A DNA stretch of 64,000 bases from Candidatus Krumholzibacteriota bacterium (GCA_963727455.1 CAVSGG010000008.1:288001-352000); one strand, 5' to 3'; numbered from the stretch's first letter, positions 50,893 through 60,987 are shown. Program-made: numbers and translations. The notes: generated from the letters alone by a model not told the origin.

Positions 50893-51281
50893 TTACGCCG
50901 CGCTACCATCGCGAGATTCCTCAGCGCTATCGGTTGGAGGCCGGCAAGTGCAAGCAGTGCGGAGAGGTCCACTTCCCGCCTCGCGCGGTGTGCCGCAAAT
51001 GCGGGGCACGTGAGTTCGACACCACCAGTCTGCCGCGTCGCGGCAAAGTGCTGACCCACACCACGATCTGGATTCCACCCGCGCAGTTCGAAGCACAGAA
51101 GCCGTACGTGGTCGCCATCGTGGAGTTGGAAAACAAGACTCGGCTCACCTGCATGGTGGCCGACGCTCCGCCCGACGAGGTGAAGATCGGCACCGAAGTG
51201 GAGATCATCTTTCGCAAGCTGCAGTTCGATCCCAAGTGGGAAGTGCTGCAGTACGGCTACAAGGCGAGAGTCATCAGCTAG
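50889..51281 (+). CDS. DUF35 zinc-ribbon/OB-fold protein
   Basis: CKQC..HFPPR..CRKC, PY..AIVEL, FRK, YGYK. Confidence 0.9.
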   Translation: MITPRYHREIPQRYRLEAGKCKQCGEVHFPPRAVCRKCGAREFDTTSLPRRGKVLTHTTIWIPPAQFEAQKPYVVAIVELENKTRLTCMVADAPPDEVKIGTEVEIIFRKLQFDPKWEVLQYGYKARVIS

Positions 51282-51465
51282 AGTCCTTTGGACTTGGCCA
51301 AATGACGGGCAGATGAGCGACGAATACAAGGGCGATTCCTCGAATGGGGGATCGCCTTTCGCATGAGGGCTTGATTGTCAACGCGCCCTGCGGGTGAGAT
51401 ACTGCCAGCAAGATTAGGTCGATCAGTTCCAAGAGCTTGCGACGACACAGAGCAGAGGATTCGGC

Positions 51466-52779
51466 ATGAACCCACCCAAGAGCACTGGTCTCGGTTTCTG
51501 GGAGTTGGCCTCGATCGGCGTGGGCGGGATGGTCGGAGGCGGCATCTTTGCCGTCCTCGGTCTGTCCGTCAAGCTGACCGGAGGAGGGGCGCCCCTGGCG
51601 TTTGCGACCGCGGGGATCGTGGCGCTCTTCACCTCCTATTCCTATGCGCGACTCTCCGTTCACCTTCCCAGTCAGGGGGGAACCGTCACCTTCCTGGATC
51701 ACGCCTTCGGTTCCGGGCTTCTCACCGGCGGTGCGAACATCCTGCTCTGGATGAGCTACATCGTCATGCTCTCCCTGTACGCCTATGCATTCGGCAGCTA
51801 CGGGGCATCGTTCTTCCCGGAGGCAACGCATTCTGTGTGGAAGCACGTGTTGATCAGCTTCAGTGTCGTCGGTATCACGGGACTCAACCTCTTGAAAGCC
51901 AAACTCATCGGGGAAGCGGAAGACTGGATCGTTCTCTTCAAGCTTCTGATCCTGGCTCTCTTCATTGCGGTGGGAATCTGGGGAGTGGACGGCGCGCGGC
52001 TGGCGCCCTCCGCATGGGCCTCTCCGATGGGCCTCGTCGCCGGCGGGATGATCATCTTTCTCGCCTACGAGGGTTTCGAGCTGATCGCCAACGCAGCCGA
52101 GGATGTACGCGACGCGGCCAAGACTCTGCCACGAGCGCTCTACGCCAGCGTCGGCTTCGTTATCGTGCTCTACGTACTCGTCGCGGTCGTCACAGTGGGT
52201 TCCCTCCCAGTAAGCAAGATCGTGGGCGCCGAGGACTACGCCCTCGCCGAAGCGGCGCGACCTTTTCTGGGGCAGACCGGTTTCCTTTTGATCGCGATTG
52301 CTGCCATGCTCTCCACCGCGTCGGCCATCAATGCAACGGTGTATGGAGCCGCCCGGCTGAGCTACGTGATCGCGAAGGACGGCGAGCTACCGAGGGCTCT
52401 GGAGAAAAAGGCCTGGGGAAGACCTCTGGAAGGGCTTCTCATCACCTCTGGGCTCACCGTGTTGGTGGCCAACCTCGCCGATCTTTCGAGTATGTCGACC
52501 ATTGGTAGCGCCGGCTTCCTTTTGATCTTCGCCGCGGTCAATCTGGCCAACGCGAGACTGGCATCCACGACCAAGAGTCACAGATCAATTTCCCTGATCG
52601 GGGCCGCGTTTTGCCTCGGCGCACTGGGGTGCTTGATCTGGCACACGGTGAGCACCGCACCCCAGCAACTGTGGTTCTTGGTTTTGATGATCGGGTTCGC
52701 CTTTTTCGTCGAGATCGCCTTTCGGGTGATTTCGGGACGTCGGATAAGTCTGCGCAAAACAAAGCACCTCTCGGCCTGA
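51466..52779 (+). CDS. APC-family amino acid permease
   Basis: GGMVGGGIF, AYEGFE, about 12 TM helices. Confidence 0.9.
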   Translation: MNPPKSTGLGFWELASIGVGGMVGGGIFAVLGLSVKLTGGGAPLAFATAGIVALFTSYSYARLSVHLPSQGGTVTFLDHAFGSGLLTGGANILLWMSYIVMLSLYAYAFGSYGASFFPEATHSVWKHVLISFSVVGITGLNLLKAKLIGEAEDWIVLFKLLILALFIAVGIWGVDGARLAPSAWASPMGLVAGGMIIFLAYEGFELIANAAEDVRDAAKTLPRALYASVGFVIVLYVLVAVVTVGSLPVSKIVGAEDYALAEAARPFLGQTGFLLIAIAAMLSTASAINATVYGAARLSYVIAKDGELPRALEKKAWGRPLEGLLITSGLTVLVANLADLSSMSTIGSAGFLLIFAAVNLANARLASTTKSHRSISLIGAAFCLGALGCLIWHTVSTAPQQLWFLVLMIGFAFFVEIAFRVISGRRISLRKTKHLSA

Positions 52780-52928
52780 GCCTTCGGACTCGTTCTGCTC
52801 CCTCGCTCAGGTTTCCAGTCGATTCCGCGTGTGCAGAGGGAACCGGTGGTCCGACCCCGGCTCGCCCCATCTTCGATGTGGCGTTATCCTCTCTGAGTCG
52901 TCTGCAGACTCGATCCATGGAGGTAGTC

Positions 52929-53192
52929 ATGATCGCCACGGATGCGCTCCAGACCATTCCGAGCGTGGGCCCCAGCATCGCGGCTGACCTGCGCTCGCTC
53001 GGCTATCGGCAGGTGGAAGACTTGCGCGATGAGAGCCCGGAGGAAATGTACGATTCGCTCTGCGAGCTGCGCGGAGAGAAGATCGATCGCTGCGTGCTCT
53101 ACACCTTTCGCTGCGCGGTCTACTTCGCGAGTACGAGCCAGCACGATCCAAAGCTGCTCAAATGGTGGAACTGGAAGGACGAAGGACGCTGA
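52929..53192 (+). CDS. Helix-hairpin-helix protein (Cdd1-like)
   Basis: IPSVGP..A.DL, DRCVLYTFRCAVYFA, KWWNWKD. Confidence 0.85.
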   Translation: MIATDALQTIPSVGPSIAADLRSLGYRQVEDLRDESPEEMYDSLCELRGEKIDRCVLYTFRCAVYFASTSQHDPKLLKWWNWKDEGR

Positions 53193-53262
53193 AGCGAGAA
53201 GACGCTCCTGCTGGTCCAAGGAGAGAGACAAGCTCGTGGACAACTCGCTGAAAGGGAGACTC

Positions 53263-54012
53263 ATGCACCAATGGTTCGTTCCTTTTGCCTTGTTCGCCGT
53301 ACTTATGCCGGGCACACCGGCCACGGTTCAAGCTGCGGACGAGACGCTAGCTCCCGAAGCGGCGCAAAGCTCGGGCTGGCAACAGGAGTTTCATCTCGAC
53401 CAGCGCCATTTCCTCACCAGCGGCGCCAACGACTACTTCCTTTTGGTTCCCCATTTTCGGCTCATACTCGAAGGTCCGGGCGCTAAGTTGATGATCACCG
53501 TGCTTGACGATACGGTTCAGGTCGGCAAGATCATGACCCGCGTCGTGGAGGAGCGGGAATGGGAAGAAGGGCAACTCGTCGAAGTCTCGCGCAACTTCTA
53601 CGCGATGGACGCGCGAACCAAGGACATCTTCTATTTCGGGGAGGAAGTCACGAGCTTCCCTGAAGGAAAGTCCGAAAAGGGCAACGACTCTTGGCGCGCC
53701 GATGACAAGGGGGCCCACGCCGGGCTGATGATGCCCGGCACTCCCGAAGTGGGCATGAAGTACTATCAGGAATTCGCCCCCGGACGAGCAATGGATCGGG
53801 CGGACATCGCCACTCTTTCGCTGTCCTTCAAGACCCCCGTCGGGACCTTTGCGAACTGTCTGCGGACACGGGAGAGCTCGGGGCTGAACCCTGACGAGCT
53901 CGAATTCAAGACCTACGCGCCGGGCATTGGACTCGTGCAGGACGAAGAACTCCTCCTTTCGAACTACGGATTCAGCAGGGGTACCAAGACCATACCGATT
54001 CGCGGCCGTTAG
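53263..54012 (+). CDS. Conserved secreted hypothetical protein
   Basis: Signal peptide; NDYF, YFGE, G..MP, YYQE, K.YAPGIGLV. Confidence 0.7.
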   Translation: MHQWFVPFALFAVLMPGTPATVQAADETLAPEAAQSSGWQQEFHLDQRHFLTSGANDYFLLVPHFRLILEGPGAKLMITVLDDTVQVGKIMTRVVEEREWEEGQLVEVSRNFYAMDARTKDIFYFGEEVTSFPEGKSEKGNDSWRADDKGAHAGLMMPGTPEVGMKYYQEFAPGRAMDRADIATLSLSFKTPVGTFANCLRTRESSGLNPDELEFKTYAPGIGLVQDEELLLSNYGFSRGTKTIPIRGR

Positions 54013-54234
54013 GCAGCCGCTGCACAGTGGCAACGAAACGCTGCGGTCTCGTCTCACTGCCTGTCAGCGCGCCTCTGCGTCCGCAACAGCCTTGCAGTTG
54101 AGCGCGAGGGGAACCTCCCAAGCCTCCCAGAGTATATCGCATGTCCCCGACGTGATCCCCCAAGGCCTCTACCCCGCGCCGAGTCCTTTCATGCCGGAGT
54201 CGGAGATTCCAAACTCCAAAGGAAGGATGAACTC

Positions 54235-54540
54235 ATGCGTATGCTTCTCCATGTCCGCATTCCGAACGAGGCGTTCAACGATGCGGTCAGAGATGGTACG
54301 GTCGGTCAGAAGATCCAGAAAATTCTCGAAGAAACCAAGCCCGAGGCAGTGTACTTCACGGAGTACGAAGGGTACCGGGGTTCACTGCAGATCATCGATG
54401 TGAGTGATCCGGCACAAGTACCCAAGTACGCGGAACCGTGGTACCTCCTCTTCGATGCCGAATGTGAATTCAGGGTGGTCATGACGCCAGAGGATCTCGG
54501 CCGCGCCAAGCTGGAGTCAGTGGGAGAAAAGTGGCGCTAG
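54235..54540 (+). CDS. Small GYD/DUF3303-like protein
   Basis: KPEAVYF, AEPW, VMTPEDL; AGGA RBS. Confidence 0.7.
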   Translation: MRMLLHVRIPNEAFNDAVRDGTVGQKIQKILEETKPEAVYFTEYEGYRGSLQIIDVSDPAQVPKYAEPWYLLFDAECEFRVVMTPEDLGRAKLESVGEKWR

Positions 54541-54562
54541 CTGTGGCGAAGAGGCAACGGCA

Positions 54563-55039
54563 ATGAGCGACTTCGAACCGAAGATAGTGAGCTTCGAGGG
54601 TACGCTCGTGGTCGATGCCGGACTCGAAGCGGCCTTCCCTCTGTTCTCTCCCGATGGGGAGCGAGCTTGGGTGCCAACTTGGAAACCCGAGATCCTCCAC
54701 CCTCCCTCCGGCGCGTGGAGGAAGGGCCAGGTATTTCGAACCCAGGAAGAAGATGGAGAAGCACTGTGGCTCGTCTCGCAACTGAGTCGCGAGAACCACG
54801 AGGTCGAGTACCATCGCCTCCAGCCAAAGCGCCACCTCACGCGCGTTCGCGTTCGCTGCTGTCCCTCGGGGCAGCAGCAAACCGAAGTCACCGTCAGCTA
54901 CTGTCATGTGGGACTCTCCGAAGCGGGCAACCGAGAGCTGGCCGCAATGTCGCCGGATGCCCATCGGCAGAGGCTACAGAAATGGTCACGCTGGATTCGG
55001 ACTCATCTCGCCGGCGATGGATTCGACGCGACCAGCTGA
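54563..55039 (+). CDS. SRPBCC/START-like protein
   Basis: FPLFSP.GE..W...W, Y...GLSE.GN. Confidence 0.65.
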   Translation: MSDFEPKIVSFEGTLVVDAGLEAAFPLFSPDGERAWVPTWKPEILHPPSGAWRKGQVFRTQEEDGEALWLVSQLSRENHEVEYHRLQPKRHLTRVRVRCCPSGQQQTEVTVSYCHVGLSEAGNRELAAMSPDAHRQRLQKWSRWIRTHLAGDGFDATS

Positions 55040-55045
55040 ACCAAA

Positions 55046-55615
55046 TTGGGAGATGCCGTCGCGCGCCAGGCGCAAAGTTTCATGAGAGCCGAGGCCAACG
55101 ACGAGGCCATTCCCTTCTACCGGCATTGTGGATTCCGCGCGCAGCCCGAAGACGTGCAGGGTGTTGCAGTCCCGGCCGTCCTCCCCCGGCCCGGACTGCG
55201 CAAACTCGACGGCACGCGACCAGAGGATCGCGGCGCGCTCTATCGCCTTGCCCGAGGCCGCAGCCCCATTTCCGATCGCTTCGCAATTCTGAACCCGAAG
55301 CTGGTCATGTTCCACGCCCTGTACGGTCTACGCGACCACGTCTACGAGATTCCAGATCTGCAGTGCGCGGTCTTCTTCACGCAGTCAGAAGGTTGCCTCC
55401 GCCTCCTGGATGTCGTCGGTGCGCAGGTGCCGAAGTTCACCCGGCTCTATCCCTACCTCGCTCACGAACAGGACCGTGTAATCGAATTCCATTTCTTCAG
55501 CGACAAAATGGGAGTGCGCCAGGCCCACCTGGCTCCGTGTCCCCACGACAACTGCTTCGTCAAGGGACGCCTCCCCGTGGAAAAGCTCGTCTTTCCCGCC
55601 ACCGGCAAGGCTTGA
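55046..55615 (+). CDS. GNAT-family protein, apparently N-terminally truncated
   Basis: Begins near motif B (AN..AI.FY...GF); lacks the acetyl-CoA-binding motif A. Confidence 0.45.
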   Translation: MGDAVARQAQSFMRAEANDEAIPFYRHCGFRAQPEDVQGVAVPAVLPRPGLRKLDGTRPEDRGALYRLARGRSPISDRFAILNPKLVMFHALYGLRDHVYEIPDLQCAVFFTQSEGCLRLLDVVGAQVPKFTRLYPYLAHEQDRVIEFHFFSDKMGVRQAHLAPCPHDNCFVKGRLPVEKLVFPATGKA

Positions 55616-55644
55616 GGCACACACCCTGGCCAAGTTCGCCTCGA

Positions 55645-55702
55645 CCCGAGCACAGTGTCGCGCGGGCACAGTGTCGCCCGAGCACCAAGTCGCCCAGGAC
55701 CA
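55645..55702. repeat. 16-bp tandem repeat, about 3.6 units
   Basis: CCCGAGCACAGTGTCG / CGCGGGCACAGTGTCG / CCCGAGCACCAAGTCG / CCCAGGACCA. Confidence 0.7.
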
Positions 55703-55807
55703 TCCCCGCTAGCCGCCTCCTCGCGCCGTGCAGCCAGAGCTGTTCGTCCGGCATGAGCATGGTGTAGCCTGAGCTAGCAGGAATATCCCCAAGCAAGGAG
55801 AAGCAAG

Positions 55808-56269
55808 ATGGACATGCCGCAGCTCAGCTCCGGTCACAGGCGCTTTCAAGAACTCGCCGGAAAGTGGGAAGGGAAAGAAACGATGTACCCTTCGCACTGG
55901 GATCCCAACGGCGGAACGGGTCAGGGTCGCAACGTGAACACCGTGGCGCTCGGCGGATTCGCCTTGGTTTCGGACTACGAGCAGCAGCGGGACGGTGTCG
56001 TCACCTTCCGCGGCCATGGCGTCTACAGCTACGACCCCCAAACGGAGCTCTACTCGCTCTACTGGCTCGACTCCATCGGCTCCCACCCCGAGTTGTTCAC
56101 CGGAAAATTCGAGGGGAAGCTACTCACCCTAGGGCACGATCGTCAGCCCATGCAGGTTCGACTCATCTACGATCTCTCCAAGCCCCAGATCATGGCCTCG
56201 AGCATGGAGATGTCTCAGGACGGAGTCGAGTGGAAGAAGCTCTTCGACGCGGAGTACGCGAGGATCTGA
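55808..56269 (+). CDS. DUF1579-like beta-barrel protein
   Basis: LAGKW.G.E, F.GHG..SYD, YWLDS.G; AAGGAG RBS. Confidence 0.75.
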   Translation: MDMPQLSSGHRRFQELAGKWEGKETMYPSHWDPNGGTGQGRNVNTVALGGFALVSDYEQQRDGVVTFRGHGVYSYDPQTELYSLYWLDSIGSHPELFTGKFEGKLLTLGHDRQPMQVRLIYDLSKPQIMASSMEMSQDGVEWKKLFDAEYARI

Positions 56270-56322
56270 ACTCGCGGGCAGTTTTGTATGCCCGCCGCCA
56301 TTCTGCGACGCGTCCATTCATC

Positions 56323-57627
56323 CTAGCTCCATTCCAAGAGCAGCGTGTCTTGGATGTGATCGCGCCAGTCGGGATCGACGCCGGCCTTTTCCGCATAGTC
56401 CCTCCAACGCGAGAAAACCGCCACGACCTCGTTCAGAATCTCCTCGGCTCGTCCGCGTTTCAGGGACGCGCTCTTGGCGCACCCCTTGAAATCCTCGCGG
56501 CTGAAATCCTCGCGCTTGCCGTTCATGCTCATCTGGTGGCGGGCGGTCCACCGGCCCGAGGGATTGAAGCTATAGGTCATGTCGAAGGCGGGGGAAAGCG
56601 ACCACTTCCCGGCGCGATCCATCAGGAAAGCGATGTTCTTGACGTGATCGTCTTGATTGCGGCCCACGATGTTGAACACCATGCGGCGGAACTGCTCCTC
56701 GATGCTGCTTGTAGGAAGTTCGAGCTGTCGCATCACCATCAGGGCCTGCTCGTAGGAGTAGGCACCCGCCAGGTGGTAGTCGAAATGAGCCATGGCCCCA
56801 AGGGATTGCATGTGCAGCTTCTGCCCCCCCTCGAGTCGATCGAAACGGCGCATCATGAAGTGCCGGCGCCCGTTTTCTTCGAAGAGCCGGCAGTCGTTGA
56901 TGGCGATGCCGCAATCCCGGGCCATCTGGGAATAGGCATATTCGATGGCGCCGTAACCCTGCGGGTCCTCCAGCTCCCTGTCCTTGTTGCCCATCACCCC
57001 ATCGAATTTCAGTATCCAGTACTCGAACTCGTCCTCGGCCGGCACTTGTCCCGAGCGAACCTCGTTCGTGCGGGGATTCCAGGCGATTACCGCCTTCGCG
57101 CGTGCTCCCCCGGCCGAGGTGCCCACTCGCAGAATGTCCCCCAGCGCTTGCCCCTTGCTCTCCTCGGCAAAAGAAACGCTGAGCTCGCTACGGTGACTCA
57201 AAATCTCCGATGCCAAATCGACGAGCTTGTCGATCTCGACCTGCTGCGCGGTTCTGGCCTTGGGCCCCAGAGCGGGACGGAATTCCAGCGCTCCCATTCC
57301 GCGGCTTCCGGTGTAACAGAGTCGCTCGATTGCGTTGAACGACTCGGGCGTGCGCCCCTGACTGGCCAACCAGGCGTCGATGAGTGCGTTCCCGAATCGG
57401 TCGGGAAGCGAATCAGCCAGAAGTCCGGGCAGTCCGTGGAAGGACACTCGGGACAACTCGGGAAAAGAGTAGACGCGGCGCGAGAGGGGCATGGTGAGGG
57501 GGGCGACTTCGATCCCGCTTTGCGCAAAGCGCGGGGCGTACTCGAATGCGGCCACCTCGCTGCTTTCGCTCAGGGAGACCGCGCCAATGGTGGTGCCCCA
57601 GAGCTTGACCTCGGCCACGCGGTTCAT
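56323..57627 (-). CDS. hipA: Type II toxin-antitoxin toxin, HipA-family kinase
   Basis: LADSLPDRFG, SAGGARAKA, LKFD, RFDR, NQDDHVKN, LSPAFD. Confidence 0.93.
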   Translation of the reverse strand: MNRVAEVKLWGTTIGAVSLSESSEVAAFEYAPRFAQSGIEVAPLTMPLSRRVYSFPELSRVSFHGLPGLLADSLPDRFGNALIDAWLASQGRTPESFNAIERLCYTGSRGMGALEFRPALGPKARTAQQVEIDKLVDLASEILSHRSELSVSFAEESKGQALGDILRVGTSAGGARAKAVIAWNPRTNEVRSGQVPAEDEFEYWILKFDGVMGNKDRELEDPQGYGAIEYAYSQMARDCGIAINDCRLFEENGRRHFMMRRFDRLEGGQKLHMQSLGAMAHFDYHLAGAYSYEQALMVMRQLELPTSSIEEQFRRMVFNIVGRNQDDHVKNIAFLMDRAGKWSLSPAFDMTYSFNPSGRWTARHQMSMNGKREDFSREDFKGCAKSASLKRGRAEEILNEVVAVFSRWRDYAEKAGVDPDWRDHIQDTLLLEWS

Positions 57628-58010
57628 CGCTCATCCTCCCAGGACCACGGAGAGGAGGTCTCGGGGGACTTTTTCGTGGATGTCTCCGGGGACTTCTTCG
57701 GGAAGTTCTCGCGGCTGGACGCGCGTTGCCGCTGATTCCCCTGCCGCCGTAGCAAATCCATCGGACGCGGACCGAGCTCGGGTAGTAGCTGATCGAGGCG
57801 AGGAAGTAGCTCGAGCACACGCAGAATTCGCACCAGGCTCGAAAGCTGTCCCGACTCGCCCTTCTCGATTCTCTCCACCGTCCGCTTGCCCAGACCGGCG
57901 CGCTCGGCCAGGGCTGCCTGGGTCAGTCCCAAGTCGATTCGCCGGCGCGCCAGCCGCCGTCCCAGTTCTTCCAGAACGGCCGCATCGGAGAGTTCTATTG
58001 GAAAGGTCAT
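57624..58010 (-). CDS. hipB: XRE-HTH antitoxin (HipB-like)
   Basis: LTQAALAERAG....TVERIEKG; ATGA overlap with hipA; KKSPETS duplicated; terminal WSW. Confidence 0.85.
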   Translation of the reverse strand: MTFPIELSDAAVLEELGRRLARRRIDLGLTQAALAERAGLGKRTVERIEKGESGQLSSLVRILRVLELLPRLDQLLPELGPRPMDLLRRQGNQRQRASSRENFPKKSPETSTKKSPETSSPWSWEDER

Positions 58011-58012
58011 AA

Positions 58013-58117
58013 TCGCAACTTTTGACGACTTATCGTCAATATAGGTTTTAAATCGTCAATTCTTACGAATTATATGCACGAAGTTGAGCCATGTCAAGTC
58101 GTCGTATACGACGACTT
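58013..58117 (-). promoter_or_regulatory. hipBA promoter and operators
   Basis: Consensus TTGACA(58097-58092)-N17-TATAAT(58074-58069); TCG-N10-CGA sites at 58013, 58053, 58099; perfect 22-bp palindrome 58096-58117. Confidence 0.85.
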
Positions 58118-59519
58118 ATAAGGAATTGTTCTCGGTCGAGCGGGAAGGCTCTTCCCGCCCCTCCTCCTGCGATTCTCTCTGCTCCAGAGCGCTTCCCTCG
58201 AAGACCGGGCGGCGCACCAGCCCACCGTGGGGATGGATTCCGAGAGCGCGCAGGGCCCGCACGCGAATCGAAGGCAGGCGCGGTGCGGGAGCGCGCGGCA
58301 TGAAACGGCCGGCGGCGAGCGCGGCAAGCAGTCGCGCCACCGCGCTGACGGCGAACAGGCCGCGGTAGTCGCCCCCGAGCAAGGGAAGCAACCACGCGGC
58401 GAGCACGCCCGCTCCGAGCTGCGCCCAGCCCACGAGCAGGCTGTGGGCGGCAAAAAGCGTGGGCCGCGTTCCGCGGGTACTGGATTCCAAAAGCAGAGTG
58501 AAGTAGCCCAGCTCGAAGGCGGACCAGCAGATTCCGGAAAAGAGCTGGGCGAGCAGGATCACCAGGAAGGTCCTGGCGAAGACCCAAGGCAGCGGCACGA
58601 TGGCAATCACGAATAGGGCCAGGATCCAGATCCCCCGCGCGCCGTAACGATCGATGGCGTCGCCCCACGAGGAAGTCACTAGCGACTTGATGACGATCAT
58701 CGCCACCGTCGCGATCATATACTCCAGGTAGCTGAAGCGTAGGCTCTCCAGCATGAATGCCCCGTAGTAGGGGGCGCTGGTATACACCGCAAAATGGAAG
58801 AGAGCAACGAGACCCAACAGCCAGAAGGCACGGGTGCCGCGACCGCTGCGCAGGAATCGCCGCGCCTGTGCTCGTCGCGCCAGACCACTGAAACCGGGTT
58901 CACAGGAGAGAGCGAGGAGGATGGCCGAGGCAATCCGAAAACCCGCCGCGAGCAGGAACGCCAGCTCGAAACCCAACCCGCCGATCATCGGTGAGCTCGC
59001 TCCCGCGGCGGTTGGCTCCAGCCACTGCAGGATGAGTCCACCGCACACCAACCCCGCGCAGGTTCCAGCGTATACCCCGCGATTGCGCCGCCCGAAATAG
59101 CGTCCTCGAACCGCCGCCGGGACCAAATCCCCGATCCAGGACGACCAGGCCGTGCCCGCCCCCTGCCCCATGATCTGATACAGGCAGACCATCAAGATCA
59201 AGCGCGCCGGGGTTGAGGCTCCGAAGTGTTCGACCACGCTCAGAGCCACCAGCACGAGCGCTTGGGCCAGGGCGCTGAACATCACGAGCGGCTTGCGACG
59301 AATTCTCCTGCCCAAGAACGCGACCACGGTCAGTGGTCCGGCCCCGGCAAGTGCCAGCGGTAGGGTGATCGTCAGGGCGAGCTCGAGAGCGCTTGCGTGC
59401 AGTCGTACTGCATCGGCGATGAAGTAGGTCTCCCCCAGGCCTACCATGATTGCCCACGCCGTACCCTCCCACACAGAGAGGCGCATCGTGCGTTCGATCT
59501 GTTCCTTCGTGAGAGTCAT
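58116..59519 (-). CDS. MFS transporter
   Basis: About 12 TM helices; W.SWIGDLVP...RGRYFGRR; WG..IDRYG. Confidence 0.85.
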   Translation of the reverse strand: MTLTKEQIERTMRLSVWEGTAWAIMVGLGETYFIADAVRLHASALELALTITLPLALAGAGPLTVVAFLGRRIRRKPLVMFSALAQALVLVALSVVEHFGASTPARLILMVCLYQIMGQGAGTAWSSWIGDLVPAAVRGRYFGRRNRGVYAGTCAGLVCGGLILQWLEPTAAGASSPMIGGLGFELAFLLAAGFRIASAILLALSCEPGFSGLARRAQARRFLRSGRGTRAFWLLGLVALFHFAVYTSAPYYGAFMLESLRFSYLEYMIATVAMIVIKSLVTSSWGDAIDRYGARGIWILALFVIAIVPLPWVFARTFLVILLAQLFSGICWSAFELGYFTLLLESSTRGTRPTLFAAHSLLVGWAQLGAGVLAAWLLPLLGGDYRGLFAVSAVARLLAALAAGRFMPRAPAPRLPSIRVRALRALGIHPHGGLVRRPVFEGSALEQRESQEEGREEPSRSTENNSL

Positions 59520-59573
59520 CGAGTTCTCCGGTCCCACGCAGCGGCCGCTAGAGGATGAAGCTCGCGAGAGATT

Positions 59574-60473
59574 TTAGCCGGTGTTCGTCTTCGGCCGGTC
59601 CCACAGCTCCACCCCTACCACCGAAACCAGGATGAGCAAAGCACCCATCAGCCCGAGGAAGGAGAGAACCTCGCCCAACAGGAAGTAGGCAAAGAGGGTG
59701 GCGAATACGGGTTCCATGGAGAAGATGAGCGCGGTCCGCTGCGGTGTGGTCCGTCCCTGGTAATTGGTCTGGAGCCAGGTGGTGCCGCCGGTGGCAAGAG
59801 TGGCGGTGAACAACAGGGCGACCCATGCCATCTTGCTGAAGTGCAGCGAAGCGGGATGCGAGAGCGGCAGAAAGGCGCCCGCCAAGGCCGCGATTCCCGC
59901 GATCTGCACGAAGGCAAGGGCCGTCGAATCGGGTTTCCTACGCAAGTAGATCTGCAGCACGTGAATATAGACCGCGTAGATCGCCGCGCAGGCCAGAACG
60001 AAGAGATCGCCGCGAGTGATTCCGCCGGTCCGCGGATCGGTGAGCAGGAAGAGACCCAAGGTGGCGGTCAGTGCTGCCAGAAGCTCGATGCGCTTGGGGC
60101 GACCCGCCCGGAAGATCGGGGAGAGAAGGGGAACCAGGATCACACTCAAGCCGGTGATGAAGGCCGCTCGTCCCGCGCCGACCGTAGTGAGCCCCAGCGT
60201 CTGGGTGATGTAGCCTCCCCCGGCCAGGACCCCCAGGATCAAACCAGGGAGAACGACAGAACGGAGACCAGCTCTCGCCTTCGAATTGAAAAGGACTAGC
60301 GGTAGGAATACGAGGAGCGCCAAAGAAAAGCGAAGCGCCACGAAAACGAGCGGCTCCAGGGTGCTCACCGCGGAACGAATGAGAGGAAAGGTGAGCCCCC
60401 AGAAGAGGGTAACCAGCAGCATGGCCAAGTCGGCACGGTGCCTGGAATCAAGGAAGAGCGAGCGCAGGGCCAC
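59574..60473 (-). CDS. DMT/EamA family transporter
   Basis: WGLTF, RF, QTLGL, AFIT, GD, IFSMEPVFA. Confidence 0.9.
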   Translation of the reverse strand: MALRSLFLDSRHRADLAMLLVTLFWGLTFPLIRSAVSTLEPLVFVALRFSLALLVFLPLVLFNSKARAGLRSVVLPGLILGVLAGGGYITQTLGLTTVGAGRAAFITGLSVILVPLLSPIFRAGRPKRIELLAALTATLGLFLLTDPRTGGITRGDLFVLACAAIYAVYIHVLQIYLRRKPDSTALAFVQIAGIAALAGAFLPLSHPASLHFSKMAWVALLFTATLATGGTTWLQTNYQGRTTPQRTALIFSMEPVFATLFAYFLLGEVLSFLGLMGALLILVSVVGVELWDRPKTNTG

Positions 60474-60477
60474 TCCT

Positions 60478-60987
60478 TCAGCGCGCCTCTTCGTGCGGCG
60501 CGATCGTTACCAGCGGGGCGTCGGGCAGGACGAGTTCCTCGGCCTCGGCGTGAATGGTCTCCACCGTTCCCGCGATCGTCGCCGGCAGCTCCACCTCCAT
60601 CTTCATCGCCTCCACGCGCACCACCGCTTGCCCGACTTCGACCTCCTGGCCCATCTCCACCAGTAATGCCAGTACTTTCCCGGGCATGGGAGCACGGACT
60701 ACCGGGCTTCCCAGCGCGGCATCAAGGTCCTCCTCGTCCTCCTCATCCACCAGTTTGAAGCTCGAAACTCTCGCTCCCACCTGGACCCAGAGTTGGTGTC
60801 CGTTGCGCGCATAGCGCGCCCGTAAAAGCTCGTCTCCCACTCGCAGGAGTATCGCATTCTCGTCCAACGCCTCGATCTCGCAGAGCAGACTCTTTTCGCC
60901 TGGAAGATCCAGGCGCAAGGACCCGCCTTCCGGCTGAAGACGCAACAGGTGCCGTGTCCCCTTCTCCTGTAGATGCAGCTCCATCAT
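60478..60987 (-). CDS. Acyl-CoA carboxylase biotin carboxyl carrier subunit
   Basis: APMPGKV, EAMKME. Confidence 0.88.
   Translation of the reverse strand: MMELHLQEKGTRHLLRLQPEGGSLRLDLPGEKSLLCEIEALDENAILLRVGDELLRARYARNGHQLWVQVGARVSSFKLVDEEDEEDLDAALGSPVVRAPMPGKVLALLVEMGQEVEVGQAVVRVEAMKMEVELPATIAGTVETIHAEAEELVLPDAPLVTIAPHEEAR

Noticed and set aside
55864-57735. 623-aa plus-strand ORF
   Set aside because: Antisense to hipA and overlaps the DUF1579-like gene; no recognisable domain
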